Source: Phyllobates terribilis
Taxonomy: Eukaryota
Reading direction: 5' to 3'
Assembly: GCF_046119375.1 (NCBI RefSeq)
Contig: NW_027362982.1
Span: 2,542,001-2,606,000, forward strand
Length of the DNA: 64,000 nucleotides
Made by a program: the position numbers and the translations under genes. Positions 14,746 through 27,959 of this stretch are shown here, piece after piece; the stretch's first letter is position 1, and every line of letters begins with the position of its first letter. The notes below the pieces were generated by a model, which was not told the origin of the DNA, did no database searches, and saw nothing but the letters and a program-made list of their open reading frames with translations.

Positions 14746-16490
14746 ACATAGTATACATAGTAACATGGTAACATAGTTTTTAAGGTTGAAGGAAGACTAA
14801 GTCCATCTAGTTCAACCCATAGCCTAACATGTTGATCCAGAGGAAGGCAAAAAAAAACCGTGGCAAACACTAAACTCCGCATTGGGGAAAAAAATTCCTT
14901 CCCGACTCCATACGACAATCAGACTAGTTCCCTGGATCAACGCCCTATCAAGGAATCTAGTATATATAACCTGTAATATTATACTTTTCAAGAAAGGCAT
15001 TCATGCCCTTCTTAAATTTAATAGTGAATCACTAATTACAACATCATGTGGCAGAGAGTTCCATAGTCTCACTGCTCTTACAGTAAAGAATCCCCATCTG
15101 TGATTATGATTAAACCTTCTTTCCTCCAGACGTAGAAGATGCCCCCTTGTCCAAGTCTCTGGCCTCAGAGTAAAAAGATCAGTAGAAAGGTCTTTGTACT
15201 GTCCCCTCATATACTTGCACATAGTAATAAGATCACCCGTAAGCCTTCTTTTTTCCACACTAAATAACCCCAAGTGTAATAACCTGTCTTGGTATTGCAG
15301 ACCCCCCAGTCCTCTAATAACCTTGGTCGCTCTTCTCTGCGCCCTCTCTAGTTCAGCTATGTCTTTCTTATACACCGGAGACCAAAACTGTACACAGTAT
15401 TCTAAGTGTGGTCGCACTAATGACTTGTATAGAGGTAAAATTATGTTCTCCTCATGAGCATCTATGCCTTTTTTAATGCCTCCCATTATTTTATTTGCCT
15501 TTGCAGCAGCTGCCTGACACTGGCCACTAAACGTCAGCTTGTCGTCCACCAATACACCCAGGTCTTTTTCAGTGACAGTTTTGCCCAGTGTTTTACAATT
15601 AAGCATATAATTATACATTTTATTTCCTCTGCCCAAGTGCATTACCTTACATTTATCCCCATTAAAGCTCATTTGCCATTTATCAGCCCAAGCTTCTAGT
15701 TTAGATAGATCCTCCTGTAATATAAAATTGTCCTCCTCTGTATTGATTACCCTGCAGAGTTTAGTGTCATCTGCAAATATTGAAATATTACTCTGTATGC
15801 CCCCTACAAGGTCATTAATAAATATGTTAAAAAGAAGGGGGCCCAATACTGACCCCTGTGGTACCCCACTATTAACTGAGGCCCAGTCTGAGTGTGTTCC
15901 ATTAATAACCACCCTTTGTTTCCTATCACTGAGCCAATTCTTAACCCACATACATATATTTTCCCCTATCCCCATTGTTCTCATTTTATGTATCAACCTT
16001 TTGTGTGGAACCGTATCAAAAGCTTTTGAAAAGTCCATATACACAACATCCACTGCATTTCCTTGGTCCAGTCGAGAACTTGCCTCCTCATAAAAACTGA
16101 TCAGATTAGTTTGACAGGAACGGTCCCTTGTAAACCCATGTTGATATTGGGTCATGAGGTTATTCTTCTTCAGATACTCTATTATAGCATCTCTTAGGAA
16201 ACCCTCCAGGATTTTACCCACAGTAGAGGTTAAGCTTACTGACCTATAATTTCCAAGTTCAGTTTTTGTCCCCTTTTTGAATATTGGCACCACATTTGCT
16301 ATACGCCAGTCCTGTGCTACAGACCCTGTTATTATGGAATCTTTAAAGATTAAAAATAATGGTCTATCTATGACGTTACTTAATTCCTGCAGTACTCGCG
16401 GGTGTATCCCATCCGGGCCCGGGGATTTGTCAACTTTAGTGGTTTTTAGACGCCGCCATACTTCCTGCTGGGTTCAGCAAGTGACATTTA
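14746..16490 (-). mobile_element. CR1-clade LINE, 5'-truncated; ORF2 RT fragment 15001..16293
   Basis: DFSKAFD, GVPQGSVLGP, FADD, KDLGV motifs; 3' GGTTGAACTAGATGGAC motif and short ACTATGT-type tail repeats. Confidence 0.95.
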
Positions 16491-17179
16491 ATGAAGAATT
16501 TTTGAGAGTTCTTCCCCATTTACTGTTGAAATGGTTTCTGCTGAATGTCTTAACACTGTTCTTCCAATTAAATTTCTATTCTGATGAGCTGTAACACACT
16601 TGGGTTCCGCCGCTAACAAAATGCACCAATCCAAATTATGAATCATACATGAACAATGCCAATATTTTATTAATATGCTGAGAACAGACATGCATACAGA
16701 ACTGACATCAGACTGCACAGTACAGTAATAAGTGCTAGAAGAGCAATACATTGCTAACCTGAGACAATGGCATCATGTACAATAAGAACATAGATCCTTA
16801 AAGTGGTTTTATACTAGTTTAATAGGGGCACATTTTTTTTGCACAATACTGGTCTGTGGGTCTAATGACTTTAATAACAGCACGAAGAGAACGTGACTTT
16901 AGACTGAAGTCTCACTACATGGATAACATACTTTTTTTTTTCTTAAAATAATCTTACAGAATGCTACCACTAATTTCCAAGAATCTTCTAGCTATAAGAA
17001 TACTAAGGAGGACCCTGCTGTGTATCTCAGATTCAGGTAGTCTCTTGTTAAAAATGAATGGAAAGATAAGGAAACTTCTAGTGTTCTGTTCATCTGTAAG
17101 GAGATCACATATAAAATACATATAGGACGATATGTACACAGTTCTCCGGGTAGTAACACAGTTGAACGTTTCCTGTACG

Positions 17180-17343
17180 TCACCAATAAATAATAACCAG
17201 CTTCCTTGGATCTCATCCTTTGCTGCTGGATGAGCTAGAGCTTTTTCTAGATCTTTCTGAGGACTTTACTCTTCCAGCAAATAGTCTGGCAAGCACTGGC
17301 TCTTTTCCACTTGATTGTTCGTAGTTAGCAGCGGTACATAAAC
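17180..17343 (-). pseudogene. ARMC1L: ARMC1-like exon 7 (last coding exon) with nonsense codon and frameshifting deletion
   Basis: Acceptor ...GCGTAG; VYVPLLTTNNQVEKSQCLPDYLLEE*SPQKDLEKAL...GSWL compared with ARMC1 [36 protein letters not shown]...ASWL; TAA at 17266-17268; terminal YW-TGA out of frame at 17180-17188. Confidence 0.9.
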
Positions 17344-17632
17344 CTACGCAAATGGAGCACAGAAGACAGTGATCACACATGGGAACACTCACTCTGGTTT
17401 TACTAGAGCAACTCGGTGTCCAGGTACCAGACCAAGCAAATGAACTAAAGCAGAAGTCACATGCGATCTTATGGCAACCTGCCTGTGGTTTTTGTCAGTC
17501 AAACCACATCTCTAAAACAGCACAACAGTAAGTTGCACAAATGTTTTTGGCTATGTGAGCAGAGTTGCTGGCTAGCCCAAGCCTAACTGTTTTAGATACC
17601 AAACCATCAGCTAAAAATGTGTTTGAGCGTAC

Positions 17633-17707
17633 CTCTTTACCATAGTCATTCTTGATCACCTGCTGTGCCTTCAGAACTTTTGTTTCTGCGATTGCCGAGG
17701 TTAAACA
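17633..17707 (-). pseudogene. ARMC1L: ARMC1-like exon 6 (75 nt), acceptor reads AA instead of AG
   Basis: CLTSAIAETKVLKAQQVIKNDYGKE compared with ARMC1 [25 protein letters not shown]; GT donor intact; upstream TTCTTGTTCACAA. Confidence 0.92.
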
Positions 17708-17743
17708 TTGTGAACAAGAACAATTGTGTAATACATCTACATT

Positions 17744-20700
17744 TGTGGCACCCTGCTGTTCACAGGTACCACAGGACCCAAAAGGGCGCATGGACGGACT
17801 TCTCCTCAAGAGGCCCTCAATACATACAGACACCTCCACCATTCCACCTCATACCACCAGAGGGAGCCCCGTTAGGGATATATATACTGGAGGGTGGAGT
17901 TAGGTAGTCAGAGTGTGCTGACGCTAGGAGATCAGCGAAGAAGCAGCACGCTGGCTGCTGTGCTGAGGCAAGCCAAGGCCTACAGCACGTGCTGAAGCCT
18001 GAGGGGGCCCCGAGTGTGGCCGGAGGCAAAGCAGAGAGAAGTGATAAGGGGGCAGAGGAGCATCATAGGCTCACCCCAGAATACAAACTTGACACCGGGT
18101 CCGCGCCTACAGGGTCCTCTACACCCAGTAGGGATTACCGGCATACCAGGAGGACTACAAGTACTGGTCGACCTGACGCTAAATCCATTTACAGGACTAG
18201 GAACCACGAAGGCCCCAGCGTCCAGGGATCGTGGTAGCCAGAAGAAAGTCCTACTACCAAGCCGACAGGTGAGAGAGTGAAACAGCATAGAAGCTAGGCC
18301 CAGTTGCAGGCTGGCCAGGAGCTTAGAGAGAGGAAGAAACAGACCAGGAGGCCTTATACCCGCTCACTGGGGAGAGTCCAGAAGTGCACCCTTCCTACCG
18401 AGTACCCTGGACCGTACCTGTTATTTACACCAGTAAAGGTACAAAGTGAATCTCCTGTGTGCGTGTCCGTCATTCCCCGTGATCCGACCTGGCCCCCTCT
18501 CACCTGCATCCCTAGCGAGCTGGACAGTCTGCGCTCTGAAGTGCGTCAGTTAAGTAAAACTCTGACCACTGTCCTGAGCGCCCTGCAGCTACAGACAGAG
18601 CCCGAGACGGATGGAAGGATCCTACTCGCCGACAGCCCTGAGGATGTCCCCTGGATGAGGAGAAGAAGGAGGACAACACCACCCCGTGGGAGGACCAACG
18701 ATCAACGTCGCCCTCCAAGAGAATTCGTCTGCTACTGTTGCCACAAGGCAGGCCACCCCGCATGGACCTGTAATTTAAACGGGCCGAGGGCCGACACCCA
18801 GGAGTAGACCGACCAGGCCCATCAAGCTGGTACTACCGGTTCGTGGGAGGAAGACCTTTCCTGTCCATTGTGCTGGACAGCATCGCAACACCTGCCCTAC
18901 TGGACACCGCATCACAGGTAACCATCATACCTGATGTCCTCTACAAAAGGTACTGGTCCATAGATTAACTCCACCCGCCAAACCCAAACCTCTCTGTGTA
19001 TGCCTCCAATGGCCTTCCTCTTAGCCTAGTCGGGGTTAAGGACGTGACAGTGAAGATGGGAAGAGCAGAACTAAAGGACCAAGGACTGATTGTAGTAGAG
19101 TCTAACCCTGGCGATACAGACTTATATATGATACTTGGTACAAATGTTGTTGTTAATTGTTTGGGAGAAGTGTTGTTCTTACTCCAACAGACGGCTGACA
19201 CTGCCAAACCAGGGAAGAGGAAGGTGCTCCAGAAAGAAATTTGAGCCCTCCTGTACCAGCAACAGGTAAAACTAACAGGTGGTGAAATTGGTATTGTACG
19301 GGTGACAGACCCGATACCCATTGTGATTCCCCCGCTAAGTGAAATGCTGATTTGGTGTAGGGCAGCAATAGGCCTCAGGGGACAGAACTACCAGGCGGTA
19401 GTAGAGCCCGTTAACTCAGAACACAGACCTAACTGCTAGAGGGGTAGTTGATGTGCACAATGGAAGGGTGCCCGTACGCCTCCTAAACTATGGGGGGGGG
19501 GGGGAGAAGTCAAATTGCCACGATATTCCACTGTTGCCAGATTGTATACTGTGAATAATGATGCTATACACACAGTGGAACCCTTGACCCCACCAGACAC
19601 GGTGGAGGACAATGACTCCAAAGCTCAGCTGGAGGAATGGTGTCAGCAGCTCCATGTTGGAACTGACGCCACTCCTGTCCATCAAAAACACGGTGTCTAC
19701 AGGGTGGTTCAGGAATATGAACAGGTGTTTAGTAAACACTCAATTGATTTTGGAAGGGTCAAAGGGGTACAACATCACCTACCCACAGGTAATCATCCAC
19801 CCATCAAGGAGCATTACAGACTCATACCACCAGCGCATTACCTGAAAGCGAAAGAAATGTTGCATGACATGAAAAGGGCAGGGGTAGTAAGGGATAGCTG
19901 TAGCCCCTGGGCAGCTCCCCTGGTCCTGGTCAGGAAGAAGGATGGTATCATGAGGATGTGTGTAGATTACAGGCAAATTAATTGAATAACACATAAAGAT
20001 GCATACCCTTTGCCCTGTATAGAGGAATCCCTGGCGGCACTAAAATCTGCCAATTACTTTTCCACATTGGATCTCACTAGTGGGTACTGGCAAGTCTCTG
20101 TTGCTGAGGAAGACCGGGAGAAGACAGCTTTCACCGCCTCTATGGGATTATGCGAGTTCAACAGTATGCCGTTTGAACTCTGCAACGCCCCTGGAACGTT
20201 CCAGAGGTTGATGGAGTGTTGCTTAGGACACCGGAATTTCGAGACAGTGCTGCTATACCTGGATGACGTTATCGTGTACTCAAAGACGTATGAAGACCAT
20301 CTGAAGCACCTGGCGGAGGTATTTGAAGCATTGTCCCGGTATGGGATGAAACTAAAGCCTTCCAAGTGCCACTTGCTCAAACGGAAGGTTCAGTACCTGG
20401 GGCACATAGTCAGCTCAGAGGGAGTAGCACCAGACCCGGAGAAGGTCACTGCCATCCAGAAGTGGCCTGAACCGAGAAACATCAAGGAAGTACGTCAGTT
20501 TCTGGGACTGGTCGGGTACTACAGGAGGTTCATAAAGGACTACACCAAAAAGGCAGCACCTTTACAAGATCTCCTAGTAGGACAGTCCAAGAGAGGTAAA
20601 AGTCCCCCATTCCAGTGGGGCAAGGAACAGACTGAATCCTTTGCAGTGATGAAGGAGATCCTAACTGGTGAAGAAATCCTGGCTTTCCCTGACTACAGCC

Positions 20701-23700
20701 AACCTTTCCTGTTGTACACCGACGCCAGCAACGAGGGACTGGGAGCTGTGCTATTCCAGAAGCAAAACGGCAGATAAAAGGTAATTGCCTATGCCACCAG
20801 GAAGGTTTGCCCTACTGAGAGGAACCCGGAGAATTACAGTTCCTTCAAGCTGGAGTTCCTGGCCTTGGTCTGGGCTATCACTGAAAGATTCAAGCATTAC
20901 CTAGCCTCAACTAAATTTACAGCCTTTACTGACAACAACCCCTTGACACACCTGGAAACAGCCAGGTTGGGAGCCATGGAACAGCGTTGGGTGGCCAGAT
21001 TGTCGAATTACCAGTTCACAATCAAGTACCGGGCAGGTCACAAGAACACCAATGCTGATGCCTTGTCAAGAATACCCCACCAGTCAGACACCGAGGATGA
21101 AGTGGAGGATCTCGAAGAAATTGAACTACCTGCTTTTCACAGAAATGGAATGGTCCACGAGCAGCGCGCCTCCAGAAGATGTCGTGGTAAGACACTAAAC
21201 CCTTTACCTCATCACAACTGGAAGGAAACCCAGGACAGTGACCCGGTTGTCAGCCTCATCAAAGGACTGATAACCCAAGAAGGTACTCACCTGGAGAAGG
21301 ATGCTCCTCCACAAGCCAAACAACTGTGGAATGAGAGAAGCCGGCTGTTCATCTACAGAGAGAAGCTGTACAGAAGGTATGTCAACCCTAGAACCCATGA
21401 AATGGCGTGGCAGATTGTAGTACCCAGGACAGACATCCAGATGGTGTTAGAGGCCTACCAGGATCAAGCAGGTCACTTTGGCTGGAAGAAGCTGGAAACC
21501 CTGCTGAAGGACCGGTTCTATTGGGTTGGAATGCGGAGCTCCATAGAAAGGTGGTGCCGGAATTGTGGACCCTGTAGCCTCAGAAGGAAAGACTACGGCG
21601 GCCAGAAAGCACCCTTGCAGTCCATCAAAACAACCCAACCACTGGAGATTGTCGCTCTGGATCACGTCAAACTGACACCCAGCAGATAAGGCTATTCCTA
21701 TGCACTGACTATGGTGGATCACTATTCCGGGTTCCTGGTGGTAGCCCCTGTCAAGGATCTGACAGCAGAAACTGCAGCAAGAACGTTCCAAGCCTACTTC
21801 TGCAGACCCCATGGATATCTGGAAAGGTGCTCACAGATCAAGGCCCTGCCTTTTTGAAGTCGAGCTATTTAAAGAATTCTGTCACCTGTATGGATGTAAG
21901 AAGATCAGGGCTACGCCGTATCACCCTCAAACCAACGGTATGTGCAAGAAAATGAACAACATAGACCTGTTGAAAATCTTACCTTTGGAAGAGAGGAACC
22001 AGTGGCCAGATAAACTACCTGACCTGGTAGACCTGTATAACCACATACCTGTGAGTTCTACTCATGAGAGCAAGACCTGGAAAATTGCCCATGAACCTGG
22101 AACTCGGAGTGGTAGAACCTACTGCAGATATGTCCACTGAAGACTGGGACACAAGTCGGCAAGAGCAGTACAGGAAAGTACAGGCCTGTGTCGAAGACAG
22201 TCTAAACCGAGTAAGGGAAAGGCAAGAAGAACAGTACAATAAGCATGCACCAGCAGAACCCTTGGCACCTGGAGAAATAGTGCTAAAGCGGAAGAGAAGA
22301 GGTCACAAGCTCGATGACCAGTGGGAAAGAGAGCCCTACACTGTGTTAAATTGCAGATTTGACAACAGCAAAACCTGCCTGATCAGCAAAAATGGAGGTT
22401 AGACAACCGCAACAGTTTCAAGATATCACTTGAAATTGTGCCCAGGTCTACTGAAGACACAGGGGGAAGAAGTACCTCTTATAGTGACGTGCCCCCAGGG
22501 CCGTGGGTCACTCGGTGCCGGGCCTATAGATGCTGGGGAAGGGAAATGTCACAGTGGCGGCGGCCCGGTCCGTGGCCCAGGGCGGTCAACAAAAAGGGGA
22601 AGGAAAATATTTTTATATGGGATTTGTAGTTCTTAGGAAGTGTTCGTCATGCCACCTGTGGTTTCTGGTAATAGGTACCAGCGCTGCTTCAGACCTCTGG
22701 GGCGGTTGTTAGAGCAGCTGGGTTGGAACGGCTCCCCACAGGTGGAGCGGGCCCCAGGGCAGTGTAGTATTGATGGTGGTGATGCTGGGGCTAGAGGTGC
22801 AGGAGAGATGGCGCAGCAAAAATAACTGACTGAGGCAGTGGAGTGCAGTCATCCGAGTTTACTCACAGTTCTGTTTAAGTTCCTCAGGTACACTGTACGG
22901 GTGTCAGCCTCTTGCGTCGCACTGCGTCTACCAGACAAGGGGTTCAGCACTTTCTCAAGTATATCGGGAACGCTTGACAGAACCCCGCTTTCTTTATGTT
23001 CCTTACTAGACCGACTTCCCGCGCTGGGTCTTCTCCCTCCTGCCCTGCGCTTCCCCACACACAGTCCCGATCGGGTGCTCTGAAGTCCTTCTGGGCAACC
23101 TGGAGTTCCCGTACCTACTTGATGCCCTTCACAGTGACTAGGTTGAGACTGTGGCAACTGCACCATGGAAGTGCAGAAGCCTCCGGTTTTCCAGCCGAGA
23201 CCTAGAGTAACACTGCTGGTCCAGGGACCGGTTCCCTTCTTGTGGCCTGATCCCTCTAACACTTGGCAGATTCGGGCGTACGGGTGCCGTCCTGCACTCA
23301 CCGTACCCCCTGGGATCCCTTCTGTTACCGGAGCCTTCCTCCTCTGCTCCCCTCCTGGGCCTCTTCTTACTAGGCCCCACTCATGGAGCAGAGCTCCTGA
23401 AGAGACTCTGCTCCCCTCTTCTCCTTTCACTGAGTCCACACTCACTAACTAACTCTTTCTAAGATGGCCCCCCTTTATATACACCTCCTCTATAAGTGCT
23501 CCACTGTTCTGCATCCTCCACCTACACCCACTACTGGTACCCTCTCTCTTTGGTTCACCTCACTCCATCCAAGGACAGGGCTCAGCAGAACACAGTGCAT
23601 CTTGCCCTTCCAGCCGGCCTGGAGCAGTGTAGTGTTGAATGCGGGTGTTGGGGTTCCGGGCAGCACTCCCTCCTTACCTGAGAGAAGGAGACACCACATC

Positions 23701-25689
23701 TCTGGGTGAGGTGCAGTACCTCTGTGGCGACTGAACCCTCAGGGGCGCCACACTAGCATTGGAAGAGCCCAAGGAAGATGTAATTCATACAGTTCTAGGA
23801 GACTTCCCTGTGGACTCTCCTCAACTTGATGGAGCAGTTATCATACCAGTGATACACTTCTATCAGCAACCAAAAGAACCTCCACCACAAGTAGAACCTG
23901 TAAGCGCCCTAGAAGAACCTGCTCAGGAACAGGAAGAGTCTCCAGTAAGAGGAGGGTCACCAGTTGAAGCAGAGCCTGAAGGCCCAGTAAACAGTGCACT
24001 TGCCAGTCCTATAGAGAGATTGAGGCATTTCTATAACTTACCTACATGTAGATCTGATAGGTTAGCAGATAGTGCATACACAGACACCAGTATCACTCCA
24101 GTGCTACGAAGATCCACATGCAGCACATAAGGCCAAATCCATGCCAGGTTTAGGGATTAAAATACAAAATGCCTAAAGTGTAAATAGTTACCCAGTTGGG
24201 TATTGCCTACTATTATTTATTGTGTGAACTGAAAAAGTTATATATGTGTGTTGCCCAGTTACCCATAAGGGTATAAAGACTTGTAGGCTGAGGACTGTGA
24301 GCAGCCAAAAACTGTCATGTAAATAGTTGCACTTATTAAAGTGCCCTTATTGATTGTATGCAACAGATGACCACTGAACAAATACCCGTTTGGCGTGGCG
24401 GAAGACGTGGTCCAACGTCGGATCACCTATGCCCTGCAGCCACGCCCAGGGCCTATGTTGAGGGTTTTCGGACAGGTCCCTCATGCTGCTCGATTTGCAT
24501 CTTTATCAGTGAGATGGACACCTGTTTTATGGAACTCACTGTAACTTTAAGAAAATATATTATTGTTATTATAATTGTTATTGTTGTAACCTGTTACAAA
24601 ATGCTTCAGTCCAGGAGTACTGAATTTTACTAGGGGGGAACGTGGCACCCTGCTGTTCACAGGTACCACAGGACCAAAAAGGGTGCATGGACGGACTTCT
24701 CCACAAGAGGCCCTCACTACATACAGACACCTCCACCCTTCCACCTCATACCACCAGAGGGAGCCCTGTTAGGGATATATATACTGGAGGGTGGAGTTAG
24801 GTAGAGAGAGTGTGCTGACGCTAGGAGATCAGTGAAGAAGCAGCACTCTGGCTGCTGTGCTGAGGCAAGCCAAGGCCTACAGTACGTGCTGAAGGCTGAG
24901 GGGGCCCCGAGTGTGGCCGGAGGCAAAGCAGAGAGAAGTGACTAGGGGGCAGAGGAGCATCATAGGCTCACCCCAGAATACAAACTGGACACCGGGTCCG
25001 CACCTACAGGGTCCTCTACACCCAGTAGGGATTACCGGAATACCAGGAGGACTACAAGTACTGGTCGACCTGACGCTAAATCCATTGACAGGACTAGGAA
25101 CCATGAAGGCCCCAGCGTCCAGGGATCGTGGTAGTCAGAAGAAAGTCCTACTACCAAGCTGACAGGTGAGAGAGTGAAACAGCATAGAAGCTAGGCCCAG
25201 TTGCAGGCTGGCCAGGAGCTTAGAGAGAGGAAGAAACAGACCAGGAGGCCTTATACCTGCTCACTGGGGAGAGTCCAGAAGTGCACCCTTCCTACCGAGT
25301 ACCCTGGACCGTACCTGTTATTTACAGCAGGGAAGGTACCAAAGTGAATCTCCTGTGTGCGTGTCCGTCATTCCCCCTGATCCGACCTGGCCCCCTCTCA
25401 CCTGCATCCCTTCCTCCACACTGCCCTGGGGCCCGCTCCACCTGTGGGGAGCCGTTCCAACCCAGCTGCCTTGTCAACCGCCCCAGAGGTCTGCAGCAGC
25501 GCTGGTTACCTATTACCAGAAACCACAGGTGGCGTCACAAGACAAAACTGCTAACCGCTCTATCAAGTGACAAAGCCCCTTTTCAAGAGAGACCCCAGAG
25601 TACGGGCCCGGGAGCCGACTGTCATGACATCCTACAACGAAGGTAAATGCCCGGGTACCGAGTTCTCCCATATCCCCCTGGGCGAGTCA
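17744..25689 (+). mobile_element. Gypsy element G2, TSD CATT; 5' LTR 17744-18513 fused by deletion to late gag; 3' LTR 24641-25689
   Basis: LTR repeats, PPT TTTTACTAGGGGGGAA, protease LLDTAS, RT YLDDVIVY, RNase H and integrase fragments with many disruptions. Confidence 0.95.
22485..23752 (-). mobile_element. Solo LTR (family D) inserted in the G2 integrase tail
   Basis: Reverse complement TGTGGCGCCC...GCACGTCA; TSD ATAG/CTAG; G2 pol sequence resumes after 23756. Confidence 0.88.
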
Positions 25690-25823
25690 CATTCATGGGG
25701 AGAGGGTGCAAAAAGAAAATGACAAATGTTGTAAGAAGATTACTGTAACCATGACGACTTCCTAACACACTTCAGATCTGTAGAAGCTGAAATATTACGT
25801 AAGAGGACATACCCCACTAGAAT

Positions 25824-26345
25824 ATACACTCCCCAACACTGAAATTGCAACACTAAGAAGGAATAGTCGTAGAATTATGGAAATCACAGGATTGACAGAT
25901 ATGTTAATGATATGCAAATTAAACAATGGACAGGACATCACCAGGACCCATGCTGCTCATGCCATTTTGAGAAACCTATGAGGCCTAAACATGCTGCAAT
26001 GGCCTGCAGGGTCTCTGGAAATGTCTTCCATCGATCACATCTGGGATGTCATTGTCTATTACAAAGGGAGCTGCCAGCAGCGGATCTTGATGATTTGAGT
26101 GCCTAAGTGTATTCAGCGTAACAGAACATTTCTTAGACAACCATTAATAACTACCCTGATAGCAGCTGAGGTGTGTAATTGTATTTCTGCATGTGGCACT
26201 CATACTCCATGCTGAATAAATCGAGCGGTTTTGAAAAATTTGCTTCCATTTTGTCAACATGTGCTAATAACATATCTATCCATCCTGTGATTGTCATAAT
26301 TCCATGACTTTTCCATCTTTGTTTTGCAATTTCAATGCTGAATGC
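25824..26345 (+). mobile_element. Old internally deleted Tc1 remnant
   Basis: Decayed LQWPA..IWD-type transposase segment about 25940-26060 between imperfect inverted ends; limits approximate. Confidence 0.55.
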
Positions 26346-26770
26346 ATAGAACTAGCTAGCAGACCGACTGTGCCTCTTGTCAGAGCTTCCTTTTCTTGCT
26401 TGCTAAAATGTGCACAAATAACACAATGTTAATTTCTGTAATTAAACTGATCAATTGGTAGAGTAAGGCTATGTGCACATGGAGTATTTGTAACGTGTTG
26501 AAACACTCGCCAAACAACGCGTAGATTATTTTCTTGTAGCAGCTTTGAATCATTTCGGCAGAGGTATTTTCCTAAGTTTTGCAGTCTTTTGATTGGATAG
26601 CGCTTAGTTTGGAGTGATTTCCATCAGGAAACTCTTACAAAGAAGAGAGATGCACTTTGTTTCCCACCAGGTGTTTTTTAAAACCTGAAGAGGAAAAACA
26701 TGTTCAAAAGACTGAACATATGAACAGCAAGTTGTTTTACTATACAAATGAAACTCTGTGTGCACATACC

Positions 26771-27196
26771 TTAAAGTAAACCTGTCACCTGAAAAAGCAG
26801 TATAATCTGCAGGCATCATGTTATAAAGCAGGAGGAGCTCAGCAGATTGATGTATAGTGCTGTGAGAAAAGATAAGGTATAACCTGTGTTTTCATCATTT
26901 AATACTCTGCTCTTTCTGGCATGTTTGGTCCAGTGGGCGGGGCTATCAATAACTGACAGCTATCTGTGTATAAGTGTGCATAGAGAAATAACTGTCAGTC
27001 ACTGATAGGACCGCCCACTGGACCGGAAGTCCCGGAAGTCCCAGAGAGAGCAGAGCTATAAATAAATGAATAAATCACAGGTTATACTGAATCTTTTCTC
27101 ACAAAATCACATATCATTCTGCTCACCTCCTCCTTCTCTATAACCTGGTGCGCTCAGATCGCATTGCATTTTCTTTTTCTTACAGGTTCACTTTAA
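26771..27196. mobile_element. T2-type MITE with TTAA TSD
   Basis: TTAA-AGTAAACCTGT ... ACAGGTTCACT-TTAA with internal inverted subrepeats. Confidence 0.8.
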
Positions 27197-27959
27197 GTGT
27201 TTTGTATTCATAACGCACCTGCTTTTTGAAGGATACCATTATTTCCACATGGCAGAACAATGAGAATCTGAATTCGACAAGACAGTATCATGTCGTTTAC
27301 AGCTAGCTGTCCGCTCTTCTGACATATCTCCATGTTGCATAAAACAAGTCCCATAACTCTGCATTGTGCTATATTTCTATTAATCCGACTACTGTACATG
27401 GTGTACGACTCTTGGTAAGTGGGCAGAGTCAAGTGTGCGCAAGCTAGTTATTCATACATTTGTTAAAGGACTACTGCACTAGTGTACTGAGTTCAGGAAA
27501 GATACAAGAGGATTGGTTGATAAAAGCGGTTTATTAAATTTAAAAGTAAAAATTCATAGAAAGCAATAATTAAAATTCATAGATAGGGATGATAAATTGC
27601 ATGGGCAGAGGGGAGGGAAGGGGAATCTTGGCTGGAGAATTTTTTGCTGTTGAGAATATGAGGTACCACTGTATTGAGGGTTGAGGTTCACTTTAGTGGG
27701 TCTTTCTGAGTGATCCAAGGCGTGTGGATACTTGTGAAGGGTATATACAATTGCTATAATATGCTGCTTCAGATGAGTTACCAGGTTACCTTTTTAGGAA
27801 GTGGACCGTATATACCTGGAGCACAATTAGGTGGTGTGTATGTTCTATTTGAGAGTAGGTAGGCGTCTCTGGTCAGCTGTATACAGGGCGACCAGCTGAA
27901 AGGGAAAAAACAACTGGATTAAGGGACGTTGTTTGGCCCCTCTTTTATCTTAGTACAAT

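Noticed and set aside
15194-16594. Plus-strand ORFs overlapping the CR1, and the many short ORFs opposite the Gypsy pol genes
   Set aside because: They are antisense shadows of real coding frames with no independent motifs.
17266-17343. Alternative open frame LCTAANYEQSSGKEPVLARLF... as a real last exon
   Set aside because: The other frame matches ARMC1 on both sides of the stop, and the phase-0 junction from exon 6 requires it.
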